A stretch of DNA of 63,836 nt, the filler included, from Octopus bimaculoides (taxonomy: Eukaryota), in the NCBI RefSeq assembly GCF_001194135.2. It is 8 parts of 8 records of this genome, joined end to end, with 100 filler letters (N's around TTAATTAATTAA, not from the genome) between each part and the next. Parts side by side here need not be neighbours in the genome. Positions count along the whole stretch, not along the records: positions 48,193 to 56,187 come from NC_068987.1; positions 56,288 to 63,836 come from NC_068982.1; 6 more parts are not named here. One strand, given 5' to 3'. Within the stretch, counting starts at the first letter, position 1, and every line of letters begins with the position of its first letter. A program made the translations under genes and the position numbers. The notes under the pieces are model-generated. The model searched no databases, was not told the DNA's origin, and saw only the letters and a list, made by a program, of their open reading frames with translations. Of this stretch, positions 53,040 through 63,836 are shown one piece after another.

Positions 53040-53068
53040 CCACCACCACCACCACCACCACCACTCCC

Positions 53069-53122
<54 letters not shown>

Positions 53123-53330
53123 TTTAATGTTCCCTTTCCCATGCTTGCATGAGGCAGACCAAATTTGTTGAAGTAGATTTTTTGAAATAGTTGGATGTCC
53201 TTCTCGTTGCCAACCTTCATCTGTTTCCATGCAAGGCAATGGTTTTCTCAAGCCTGATGTGTTTTTCACAGAAACGAACAACCTCGCTTGTATAACAGTG
53301 ATGCTCATATCAAATACAATCCATCGTTTG
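53040..53330 (-). mobile_element. RTE-tail-type retroposon 3' end with expanded (GAT)n/(GGT)n tail
   Basis: (CAC)n(CAT)n followed by TTTAATGTTCCCTTTCCCATGC...GTTGGATGTCCTTC..GCCAACC, the reverse complement of 5982-6250. Confidence 0.7.
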
Positions 53331-53870
53331 TCAACCAACCAACAATCATGACACAAAAATAATTTCACTGTAATTAGTTGTTTTAAGTCTAATTATCACC
53401 AACGGCAAGTTCACTCGTTTGCTGTTATCTATTCGCTTTTTCTCGCCCATTCATGAACCATTTATTTGTCATTGTTATCTACACACAATCATTTGCTATC
53501 ACAATGTGTCAGCTTATTTTATCTAAGTCACTTCTCTGCAGTAAAGTCGTGTCTTGTTCTGTTGTCATTTTATATCGTCTTGCGTTTGGTCACCACTTGT
53601 GAACACACAGGGTCACCATCTCCCATATTTTTCAGTACCTTTTTATATTGTTTCCTATTGTTTCTTATATTTTATATATGTGTAGGTACAGGGGTGCTTG
53701 GGACTTGTTCTTCTCTCCAAATTGCCTTTTCTCTTTTTTTTTTGCGGGCTTTTTGGAGGTGATAATGCATTTTCCCCCTTCTTTTTCTTTCTCTTTCCGA
53801 CTGGGTGTTGTTTCACTTCTGCTGTTTCCATTACTTCCTTTACCTGGCCTTGTACCACCACACCTATCAC

Positions 53871-54281
53871 ACTATCTCCTTATCGTGCTGCTACTGCATA
53901 AATCTCTCTCAGAGATTTAGAAATGCAATATTTCTATTTTCGAAATCATTGAATGTGTTTCACTTGAAATATATATGTCTTCAAAGGCGGATGGGCATCG
54001 AAAGCTAGCAGGTCATGCTACTCCGGACTGATGATGAGCAATGACTCTGAAACTAGTCTCTGGATGCTGGCTTTGCTGGGTGGAAGTGCTTGTCTCCACT
54101 TTGAAAACATAAGGACACAGGAATGTGTCAATCCAACAGGAAACAGTGTTTCCTAGGGTTAAATAACAGTAGCATTCTTCCCTTTCATGGGACTGTCACA
54201 TTAAGTTGACAACATACTATCACTTTATCGCGCTGCTACTGCATAAACCTCTCTGAGAGATTTAGAAATGTACTATTTCTA
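53871..54281 (+). mobile_element. Retrozyme or Penelope-pLTR-like unit: 345-bp period, 66-bp terminal direct repeat, one hammerhead
   Basis: 53871-53936 repeats at 54216-54281 with about 7 mismatches. The hammerhead lies between the two copies. Confidence 0.55.
54001..54074 (+). ncRNA. Type I hammerhead ribozyme (predicted cleavage after C54058)
   Basis: Core CUGAUGA 54028-34, helix II GAG/CUC with loop CAAUGA, GAAA 54049-52, palindromic helix III ACUAGU, GUC triplet. Helix I UCCGGA/UCUGGA (6 bp), extended by AAAGCUAGCA/UGCUGGCUUU (10 bp) beyond an 11-nt bulge. Confidence 0.8.
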
Positions 54282-54494
54282 AATTGTATGCTGATGTGTA
54301 CTAATATCTGACAACCAATAAAGAAGAGTTAGTTATGCTATACTCTAGAACAAGATTGTGTGAAGCATTTGGCTCAGATTTGCATTGGTAGGTAGCGATT
54401 TAGTCGCCGACGGCCCGCAAATGCGACTGGCTGTATTGTGTTACATGTTACCCAGTAGCACGAAGATTGACCTGACACAACATATACACATACA

Positions 54495-54527
<33 letters not shown>

Positions 54528-55149
54528 GCATGCATGCATGCATGCATGTGTGTGCATACACATGCGGGCGTTAGCCTTTCGGCCAAATACAGGAGAAAAC
54601 AACACTCACCTGGCACGTAGCATGACAGAAAAGAGGGGAAGAGATTAAGGGTTCGTAGTAGGGGACAAGGGAAAGAATGTCTGTCCTCCGAAATTTCAAA
54701 CTAAATGACTGAGTGGAAAGTAGGATTGAACGGCGATTGTGGCAGCGGTTGAGAAAGGAGAAGGGAGGGGGAGAAAAATAAGCGAAAAATGGAGCAGCAA
54801 AGAGCGAGAGAGAGGAGAAACAAAAAGGAATATAGAGGAAGTGACAAGAAATGTTTTTATTTTGGGAAATTTTGTACTAGTATTATGGAATTTATTCTGG
54901 TAACCTACAATCTTATCCAATTTTATAATCTGCATCTAATCCACTCATAAACTAACTCCGAGCGGTTCGCCATCCTCCATAATCAGCGCCACCCACGAAT
55001 AACCTATATAGCTCAGGCAAATTCATTTGAACGTGTTTCACAGATGACACAGAAGCCTAATAATTTAGTGAAATGTCATGTCATTGTTTCCGGGAGACAA
55101 ATCTTCGTTTGATGGATGTCTACAAACAATATCAAACGAAAATGACAAT

Positions 55150-55600
55150 GGTTAGCACCCGATGGAAAAGGGGAATCCATCTCCAAAACAGGACAACATC
55201 CGAAAAATATTATGCTCTGACAAATTAGAAGTTTTTGAAATGTTGGACATTTGGAAGGCAAAACATCGAATTAATGAAGCAGTGCTGCAACTAGCAAAAA
55301 AGATCATTACTCCTAATTACAAAGAAGATCGTTACTCCTAATTATTACTAAAGAAAAAGGAAGTTAGAGTATTTTGAATTACATCAGAGCAAAGAGTAAT
55401 ATAAAAACTATTGCTAGAAGGAAAGATAGATGGCAAATGTTTAAGAGGAAGACCTTGAACAAACTGGTTTGATTCCGTCAAAGATTGGACCAAACGATCA
55501 CATGGTGAATATGGAAGAGTGGCAGAGAAAATACCTGAATGGAAATGCTCAATATTTAACCTGTTGAGAGCAGATAATGCCGATGGTCCCTGATGATCCC
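55150..55600 (+). mobile_element. Degenerate 3' end of an RTE-clade LINE
   Basis: LEVFEM..NEAVLQLA..GKIDGKCLRGRP*TNWFDSVKDWT..RVAE..WKCSIFNLLRAD, then TGATGAT. Matches the RTE C-terminal G..RGRP..W.D pattern. Confidence 0.75.
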
Positions 55601-56086
55601 TGGTGTACAATATTGTACAAAAGTAGGCCTGTAAAACGAGAGGATTTTAGTTAATACGGCACTTGTACTTGCGTTGTTTATAAGTTTACGAATTCGGAAT
55701 GGTTTCTTTGCAAAGAAACACATCAAAGTGTTGGAAATGTTTTAATTCTCTGAATCGAAACTTGAATCACCAAAAAAACAAAAAGAGCGGTCTTGATTCA
55801 TCATAGAGCAATAAGTATTTACACACAAATTAAACACAAAAGACATCTGACATTAAAAGAAATTAAGCGGTGTTGTATTATAATGACCACTCCCAATGAG
55901 TTGAACTAAATTTCACTGAGCAAATAAGTTTTCAAACGACAATGAAACAACTATGATATTTTAGCAGCACAAAAATATTTAACATCAATGTTTGACGTAA
56001 ACGAATGCCTAAAATTTGGTTGTAATAATTACTGCTCTATTTTTTAGAGTACGCTTCTTTCTGATATATGATTTTTTATTAACTGA

Positions 56087-56128
<42 letters not shown>

Positions 56129-56427
56129 ACACACATACACACACACATACATACATACATACATACATACATACATACATACACACANNNNNNNNNNNNN
56201 NNNNNNNNNNNNNNNNNNNNNNNNNNNNNNNTTAATTAATTAANNNNNNNNNNNNNNNNNNNNNNNNNNNNNNNNNNNNNNNNNNNNGCGTAATGTTTTC
56301 ATTGATCGATTAAACGGACCCGCTCGAAACAGCAGTAATGTATTGATACCTGGACTTATTTACATACATTTACATATATATATTTGTATATTTTACATAT
56401 TTATGTTACTTATTTACGTATATATAT

Positions 56428-56459
<32 letters not shown>

Positions 56460-56461
<2 letters not shown>

Positions 56462-56700
56462 CTTTTACTTGTTTAAGTCATTAGACTACGGCCATGCTTG
56501 GATACCGCCTTGAAGGATTTTAAGTCGAATGAGTTGACCCCAGTAATTTTAAAAGCCTGATACTTATTCGATCGGTCTCATTTGGGGAACCGCTATGTTA
56601 CCGGGACGGTAACACACCGACATAGGTTGTTAAGCGGTGGTGAGGGACAATCAGACACAAAGACACACACACACACACTCACACACACATACACACACAC
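56460..56700 (-). mobile_element. SINE family A 3' half running into microsatellite
   Basis: TTTTACTTGTTTAAGTCATTAGACTACGGCCATGC...GGGACAATCAGACACAAAGACACAC. Confidence 0.8.
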
Positions 56701-56762
56701 AGAGGCACATATACATATATATGTATATATATGTGTGTATACATATATTATAACTATATGTA

Positions 56763-56807
<45 letters not shown>

Positions 56808-56832
56808 GTATATATACATATGTATATATATG

Positions 56833-56865
<33 letters not shown>

Positions 56866-59003
56866 NNNNNNNNNNNNNNNNNNNNNNNNNNNNNNNNNNN
56901 NNNNNNNNNNNNNNNNNNNNNNNNNNNNNNNNNNNNNNNNNNNNNNNNNNNNNNNNNNNNNNNNNNNNNNNNNNNNNNNNNNNNNNNNNNNNNNNNNNNN
57001 NNNNNNNNNNNNNNNNNNNNNNNNNNNNNNNNNNNNNNNNNNNNNNNNNNNNNNNNNNNNNNNNNNNNNNNNNNNNNNNNNNNNNNNNNNNNNNNNNNNN
57101 NNNNNNNNNNNNNNNNNNNNNNNNNNNNNNNNNNNNNNNNNNNNNNNNNNNNNNNNNNNNNNNNNNNNNNNNNNNNNNNNNNNNNNNNNNNNNNNNNNNN
57201 NNNNNNNNNNNNNNNNNNNNNNNNNNNNNNNNNNNNNNNNNNNNNNNNNNNNNNNNNNNNNNNNNNNNNNNNNNNNNNNNNNNNNNNNNNNNNNNNNNNN
57301 NNNNNNNNNNNNNNNNNNNNNNNNNNNNNNNNNNNNNNNNNNNNNNNNNNNNNNNNNNNNNNNNNNNNNNNNNNNNNNNNNNNNNNNNNNNNNNNNNNNN
57401 NNNNNNNNNNNNNNNNNNNNNNNNNNNNNNNNNNNNNNNNNNNNNNNNNNNCATAGGTTGTTAAGCGGTGGTGAGGGACAATCAGACACAAAGACACACA
57501 CACACACACACACTCACACACACATACACACACACAGAGGCACATATACATATATATGTATATATATGTGTGTATACATATATTATAACTATATGTATGT
57601 ATATATATATATATATACATATCACATATATACATTCCAGCATATGTATAGAAACCGCAGTCAATTGAATATATTCACACACACATGCACACACGCACGC
57701 ATAGGTATATATATATATATACATATATACACTTATATGTATGTATATATAGATAAATTACGTATGTACAAATATCTGTATATACACACGCATACGCACG
57801 AGCTCACACACACATACACAGGTGTACATAAGCAGATAAATAATTTGTGGATCGACGTTCGTGTATTCCAATGCGTGGAATAATCTTCTATAAAATCCTA
57901 TAAACTGGCGCCAACATCAGATTATAGATTTATAAAGCTAAATCTGCTGACTTGACGAAGTTGTTCAACAGATATTCAACCGTAATACAACTTCAGAATG
58001 AAATCTGCTCATCTCTCTCTCTATCTCTCTCTCTCTATCTATCTATCTATCTCTCTCTCTCTCTCCCCCTCTCTCTCTCTTCATCCATGTTGCTAATTTA
58101 TCTGGACAAGTTCTATAAAAAAGAAGTTTATAAAGTTTCTTCTGTAAATGACTTTGAAAGAAGCATAAATATCATAATATCTTAGAATCTTATTTCNNNN
58201 NNNNNNNNNNNNNNNNNNNNNNNNNNNNNNNNNNNNNNNNNNNNNNNNNNNNNNNNNNNNNNNNNNNNNNNNNNNNNNNNNNNNNNNNNNNNNNNNNNNN
58301 NNNNNNNNNNNNNNNNNNNNNNNNNNNNNNNNNNNNNNNNNNNNNNNNNNNNNNNNNNNNNNNNNNNNNNNNNNNNNNNNNNNNNNNNNNNNNNNNNNNN
58401 NNNNNNNNNNNNNNNNNNNNNNNNNNNNNNNNNNNNNNNNNNNNNNNNNNNNNNNNNNNNNNNNNNNNNNNNNNNNNNNNNNNNNNNNNNNNNNNNNNNN
58501 NNNNNNNNNNNNNNNNNNNNNNNNNNNNNNNNNNNNNNNNNNNNNNNNNNNNNNNNNNNNNNNNNNNNNNNNNNNNNNNNNNNNNNNNNNNNNNNNNNNN
58601 NNNNNNNNNNNNNNNNNNNNNNNNNNNNNNNNNNNNNNNNNNNNNNNNNNNNNNNNNNNNNNNNNNNNNNNNNNNNNNNNNNNNNNNNNNNNNNNNNNNN
58701 NNNNNNNNNNNNNNNNNNNNNNNNNNNNNNNNNNNNNNNNNNNNNNNNNNNNNNNNNNNNNNNNNNNNNNNNNNNNNNNNNNNNNNNNNNNNNNNNNNNN
58801 NNNNNNNNNNNNNNNNNNNNNNNNNNCTCTCTCTCTCTCACTCTATCTATCTATCTATCTATCTATCTATCCATCTATCTATCTATCTCTCCTTCTCTCT
58901 CTCCCTCTCCCTCTCTTTCCCTCTACCTCTCTCTCTCTCTCTCTTGTCTCTGTTTGTATGATTTAAATGTTTGGGTGTATATGTATGTATGTAAGTATGT
59001 ATG

Positions 59004-59037
<34 letters not shown>

Positions 59038-59580
59038 TATATGTATGTATGTATGTACGTTATTGTCCCAAGTCTAAAAGCCATGTTTTATGTCGGGTAT
59101 AGATGGTAATCTATTTTGAAATTTTGTTACGGAAAGACATTTACGGAAATGATTTCGGAACAGTTATCTTCCGAACATTTTACAGGGAGATATCTAAATC
59201 TGTAGCTGCTGAATTGTTGCCATCACTACTGTCATGTGTGAGTATTATGTGTACATGTGTTGAATGGGGGGAGGGGTTTATACATGTTTGTGTGTATATG
59301 TGTGTACATACATGTATGTAAGTAAGTGTATGTGTATATGCGTGTATGCGAGTGTGTGTGTATGTGTGTGTGTGTATCGATTGAGTAGCTTAAATTTTCC
59401 AAAGTGTTTATTTTCAAAAGACTATAACATTTAATTGACGTGCAGTTTGTTTACTTTTTATTCAGTTATCATATAATTTAAAAGTGAAAAACAAAACGGA
59501 AGGAATCGATTGTTTATTGTTTATGTTTCACTATTTTGACACGTTTTAAAATACACATTCTTTTCCAATACACATAATAT

Positions 59581-59613
59581 TTTCTCATTTTTTTTTTGTT
59601 TCTTCTATTACAG
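59581..59613 (+). promoter_or_regulatory. Splice acceptor opening the GPCR exon (5' UTR intron)
   Basis: TTTCTCATTTTTTTTTTGTTTCTTCTATTACAG, 84 nt upstream of the ATG at 59698. Confidence 0.7.
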
Positions 59614-59668
59614 AGCTGCTTCGCTTTGTTTTCACAAGTGCTTCACAAACATAAAGCATAAGAACTGT

Positions 59669-59695
59669 ATGCAAAATTTACCACCTGCGCACTGA
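59669..59695 (+). other. Upstream ORF MQNLPPAH* ending 2 nt before the GPCR start codon
   Basis: ATG CAA AAT TTA CCA CCT GCG CAC TGA AG ATG, read directly. Confidence 0.6.
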
Positions 59696-59697
59696 AG

Positions 59698-60864
59698 ATG
59701 GAGAATGTTTATATGAGCAAAATGGATTTCAATATTTCTAAGACAAATGATTATTCTTTCACGAGAAAAGTTCCAAAGCTATCAGAAAATACGGAGTCTG
59801 AATTGTCTTCTTTGGAGTTAGTAGACATGTTAGATGCTTACTATAAACCCACATTTTCATCCCTTGGTTTGTTGCTCAATTCGATTTCAGTAACAGTTTT
59901 TCTCAACACAGAACTCAATAAGTTGTCCGTAAGTCACTATCTTATTGCTATAGGTATTATGGATAACTTTTACCTTTTTACCGTAATCATACCATGGCTT
60001 TCCAAGTATGGCATCGGCTTCTTTACGACTATGGGGATTTGTCAGCTTGTTTTGTACCTTTCCCATTATTCTAGATTCCTCTCTTGCTGGTATATGACTC
60101 TGATGATTATGCAAAGGTCTTCGAAAATGTATTCGCAAGGTTTGAAACGGCGTTTTGAAAGTGTTTTACAAGCTAAGTTCATTATCTTAATGATAGCAAT
60201 ATTTGCTGGTGTTGGTTTCCTCTATGTCACCTGGACACACGGTGTCGTAGATAATCCTCTTCGATGTACAATTTTACCAGAAAATGAATCACAAATACAA
60301 TTGTTGAAGAAAATTGAACTATTTTTTTCTTTCATCTTTCCATGGATAGTTTCTTGTGTCTTCCTTTTAATTCATCTGTTGAAGAATTGCATGTGCTATA
60401 AGTGGTGCTTTGCTGATATGATACAAACAAAGATTGAAGCACAGGGTAATGCAATGCTGGCCAACTTTATAGGTGGTTCTGTTAAAACAAAATGGAGTGT
60501 CCGCACTTTTGATCATGTTGAGACACCTTCTCCCACTGTAATGGATACTGCCATGAATGTTTCCTGTATTTTTGTTGCTACGTTTTTCCTCTTATCCAGT
60601 TTACCATACATGATTATCAAGATAAGAATATCTTATATGAATGAAGCTTATAAGTCACTCCTGCCACTTTACAAGAGTCTCTACTTATTAAACTTTGTTG
60701 TCAAATTTTTTATTTATTTATCCATTCCTGAATTTAGGAAAGCAATAACTCGAGCATTCGGTGGGTTACATGGACACAAAACTGAAAAGGAAATGACTCA
60801 ACGATCGGTGTTCTTTCCTCGAGTCAGCAATAAAACCCGAATATTAGATACAACTGACCTATAG
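59698..60864 (+). CDS. Intronless class A (rhodopsin-like) GPCR, 388 aa, resembling the FMRFamide/sex-peptide-receptor-like orphan group
   Basis: Seven hydrophobic segments. N1.50 (LLLNS), D2.50 (IAIGIMD), C3.25 (GICQ) with an ECL2 Cys (LRCT), P5.50 (FIFPW), P6.50 (SSLPY), TM7 LNFVVKFFIY, helix 8 PEFRKAI, and an N-terminal NIS sequon. Subfamily assignment is from motif recall only. Confidence 0.92.
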   Translation: MENVYMSKMDFNISKTNDYSFTRKVPKLSENTESELSSLELVDMLDAYYKPTFSSLGLLLNSISVTVFLNTELNKLSVSHYLIAIGIMDNFYLFTVIIPWLSKYGIGFFTTMGICQLVLYLSHYSRFLSCWYMTLMIMQRSSKMYSQGLKRRFESVLQAKFIILMIAIFAGVGFLYVTWTHGVVDNPLRCTILPENESQIQLLKKIELFFSFIFPWIVSCVFLLIHLLKNCMCYKWCFADMIQTKIEAQGNAMLANFIGGSVKTKWSVRTFDHVETPSPTVMDTAMNVSCIFVATFFLLSSLPYMIIKIRISYMNEAYKSLLPLYKSLYLLNFVVKFFIYLSIPEFRKAITRAFGGLHGHKTEKEMTQRSVFFPRVSNKTRILDTTDL

Positions 60865-60897
60865 AGGTATTAACTATTTCCTGTAATTTCAAGGCCA

Positions 60898-60903
60898 AAT
60901 AAA
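60898..60903 (+). terminator. Candidate polyadenylation signal AATAAA (alternative at 61038-61043)
   Basis: Hexamer 34 nt after the GPCR stop codon. Also common by chance in AT-rich DNA. Confidence 0.35.
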
Positions 60904-63303
60904 GTGAACGTTAACTTAATTATAATCGTCATCAGATAATTATTTATGAATACCTTGTAACCAAACTTCTTTTTTTTAATTTCGATTTAGTAGAAAAAAG
61001 TTTCCCTCGATTGTGTTGTATCACATCACGTGTTGAAAATAAAGAAACAATTATCGCTTACGTTGATTTTTCGTCACTGGAGAATATTCTTCTATTCCAC
61101 TATAAATAAGCCATAATGAGTAGTATAAGGATCCTCGAGTGCACATATTCTAATTCTTTCAAAGAAATATTGGAACCGTGATCTATGGATTATATTTTGT
61201 TTATGTTGTGAGGTATATATTTAGAAACCTGTGGCTATCTAATATGCACTGGCAACCAGATTTCATGAAAGCGATTTCAATGGGAATATAACAAACAATC
61301 TCAAAATTATTCATGAATGTTATAAATCTCAATAAAGTTTACCTCATCAATTGGATAACATTTATCAATTTAACCTCGCCATATTTACAACAATTTTTTT
61401 CTGCGTAATATCGCAACGATTTATAACAAATATTAATAAGACTAAAGTTTTTTAAAAAATATGTGTATCACTATACCTATTAAAACGGGAAATATGTTAC
61501 TACAAAAGAGATATGTATTTTTTCAAGATGAGAATATTTTCCTCTTATTTTAAGGATTTGTGATGAGCAATAAGATTTTATTGATTTATCTCCTCTGAAA
61601 AATATCAAATTTGACCAAAACTCTGAACCATTTCATCGCATTTCGTCAACATTTGTAAAAATTCCTGATATTCGATTCGAATCGATTTTTTGACTTAAGT
61701 GTTTATAACATCAAAACCTCTGAAATATCATGAAACATCTTTAATTCGCTGTCCAGTGTCTGGAAACTTGACATTATATTTTCTTTTGAACATATTTCAA
61801 AGATCCTGTTTTCAAAGAACTAAACAAGTTGCGAGAGAACACAAAGAATGTTCAACTGTTACAGTTTCTCCCTTACCCTTACGTTCTATTATATTACATA
61901 TTTTTGCTTAAGTAACATCTGTGCATTGTGCATTGTGTATTGTGTAGACTTATCTTTCCGCCAGTACTACACAAGTTAATTGTATACTACATCAAACAAC
62001 TTATCTGTATCCAGTCAATTCCGACAATCAATACTGCGTTACAGGTTTACATATATTTTTATTTTATTTCCTTCCTTTGTGGGACTTGCAACATTTCAGC
62101 GAAAATATCGTTTCAATTTTTCCTGATCTCCTATAAAAGCCGTGGAACCATACACCGAGATCTTCGTCAGCATTAAATGTAATATAAATACTCTAGTCAT
62201 CAATATCTTTATGCTTTAAAATGAACTTTTTATGTGCCAATAGTAACCGAACTTTAAAAGAAAAGTAAATTTTAAAACGTGAAGGAATTTCTATAAATAT
62301 AAGTTTTCTTTTCTGGGTCATATCTTTTAGAATATGGCGTTACTTTTTGATAAGCAGAAACATGTAAACTTGGATCTAATTTTAGTTTTATATTTGTTGT
62401 AGAATAAACACTATATTTTATAAGCAGAATATAGGTTGATAATGATTTTAGTCAAAACTTACACAATCTAAACATTTGAAGTGACTAAGTGGATGAGACT
62501 GGTTTGTTGGTCGCCAGGAATTCAAATCCACAGCAGGATTCTTGTTTTCTTTCTGGGTAAGATTCCTGAGATTACGTTCCTCAGGTCACCTGGCTCTGGT
62601 AAAAATATTTTGGCTAATCGGCATAAGAAAAAGGGAACCCATTCCACCATAATTTTCCTCAGCAGATCATTTACTAAAGAAAACAATAATCATATTCCAC
62701 TGCAAATGGCTATCTATGTATGGTTATATAATTGGCTAGCCATATTATTACCATACATTTCGTAGCTCCATAACAAGATAAATGTTCAGCTCAGGCAAAA
62801 TAAATCACAGAAGCAAACTTATAAGTTCACTCAGATTCTTGCCTCAAGTAAACTTATTTCACTCCGATGCTACATACAAAATCTATATTATTTGTCGAAT
62901 TTTGTTAAATTTTACTTATGACTTCAGTATATGTTCTATGGTTTTCATTAGTCGCTTCAAATTTGTTTATATTACGCTTTGTTTTCCTTTTTTTTTGTAT
63001 ATGTATTACACCATATATTCATGTTGTATGTACAATTAATCCACTTATTAAATTGATCTTATAATATTTACATATTTTTCATGTATGAATATTATCTAAA
63101 TTTACAAAGCTAAATCTCCTGAGGGTGAAAAGTGTTTCATCAGTGATCAGTGATATTTTCAAATTCAAACTGATCTTTCAGATGTAAATAATGAGGCGGA
63201 AAAATACAGATGTATGTCTGCAATATGTGTGTGCATGTGTGTTCGCGCGGGCTGGCGTCAATATGTGTGCATATCTGTGTTTTACATGCATGTATAAATA
63301 TTC

Positions 63304-63415
63304 GCTTCAAATTTTGGCACAAGGTCAACAATTTCGGAGGAGGGGTTAAGTCGATTACATTGGCCTCGGTGCTTCACTATTTTAAAGAGCTCGAAAGGAT
63401 GAAAGGCTAAGTCGA
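63304..63415 (-). mobile_element. SINE family B 3' fragment
   Basis: CAAATTTTGGCACAAGG..GTCGATTACAT..CGAAAGGATGAAAGGC. Confidence 0.75.
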
Positions 63416-63538
63416 AATATATATAGCACATATGTAACAATATTATTATTACTGAGTGAGGGAGCAGCGCATGCACTCAAAGTGACACTGGAGTAAAATG
63501 TTCTTTATTATCATAAACCCAATGAAACCCTCTACATT

Positions 63539-63672
63539 TATTATTATTATTGTTATTATTATTGTTATTATTATTATTTTCATTATTATTATTATTATTA
63601 TTATTATTTTCACTATTATTATTATTATCATTATTATTATTATTATTATCATTGTTATTATTATTGTCGTTA
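63539..63672. repeat. (ATT)n microsatellite, imperfect
   Basis: Read directly. Confidence 0.95.
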
Positions 63673-63836
63673 TTTTCATTAGCATCTTCTTTGAATTCTG
63701 TTTCCATTTCTTGTTGAGTGTCTTCCAGACACCTAGAACAGAGAAACCTACTGTATACATTGGTAGGCCATTAAAACAAGCACACCAGATTGTTCATTTA
63801 CAGAGTCATTTGATAGAGAAAAAGGGGAAGGTAGAG

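Noticed and set aside
56621-57620. About 170-bp direct duplication (56621 onward and 57452 onward)
   Set aside because: Near-identical copies sit on either side of an N gap and end in microsatellite, the typical signature of unmerged overlapping contig ends.
59887-60138. 83-aa antisense ORF inside the GPCR
   Set aside because: Shadow frame of the coding strand with no independent features.

Overview
AT-rich, microsatellite-dense eukaryotic draft scaffold with many N gaps. Seven gaps are artificial N44-TTAATTAATTAA-N44 joins. The repeat families look most like a coleoid cephalopod (octopus) genome; this is inferred from recall, not from a search. One intact protein-coding gene is clear: an intronless class A (rhodopsin-like) GPCR at 59698-60864 (+), with altered DRY and NPxxY motifs, a splice acceptor in its 5' UTR and a short uORF. 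The rest is mostly transposon debris: three or more tRNA-headed SINE families, two RLE-type non-LTR retrotransposon fragments, CR1-like and RTE LINE 3' ends, mariner and Tc1 transposase relics, and hAT and piggyBac-type MITEs. The most striking signal is a type I hammerhead ribozyme fold at 54001-54074, with an extended bulged helix I and a palindromic minimal helix III. It lies inside a unit with 345-bp periodicity and 66-bp terminal redundancy, resembling a retrozyme or Penelope-like pLTR. Also notable: a 13-bp minisatellite that inverts on itself (28638-28999), a dense E-box/CCAAT/E2F/YY1 promoter-like cluster with a candidate first exon (52116-52352), a SINE stack separated by three copies of an 18-bp TSD-like sequence, and a CpG-poor to CpG-rich switch near 12.8 kb. 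Most ORFs in the supplied track are microsatellite or gap artefacts. No CRISPR array, rRNA or genuine tRNA gene was seen.
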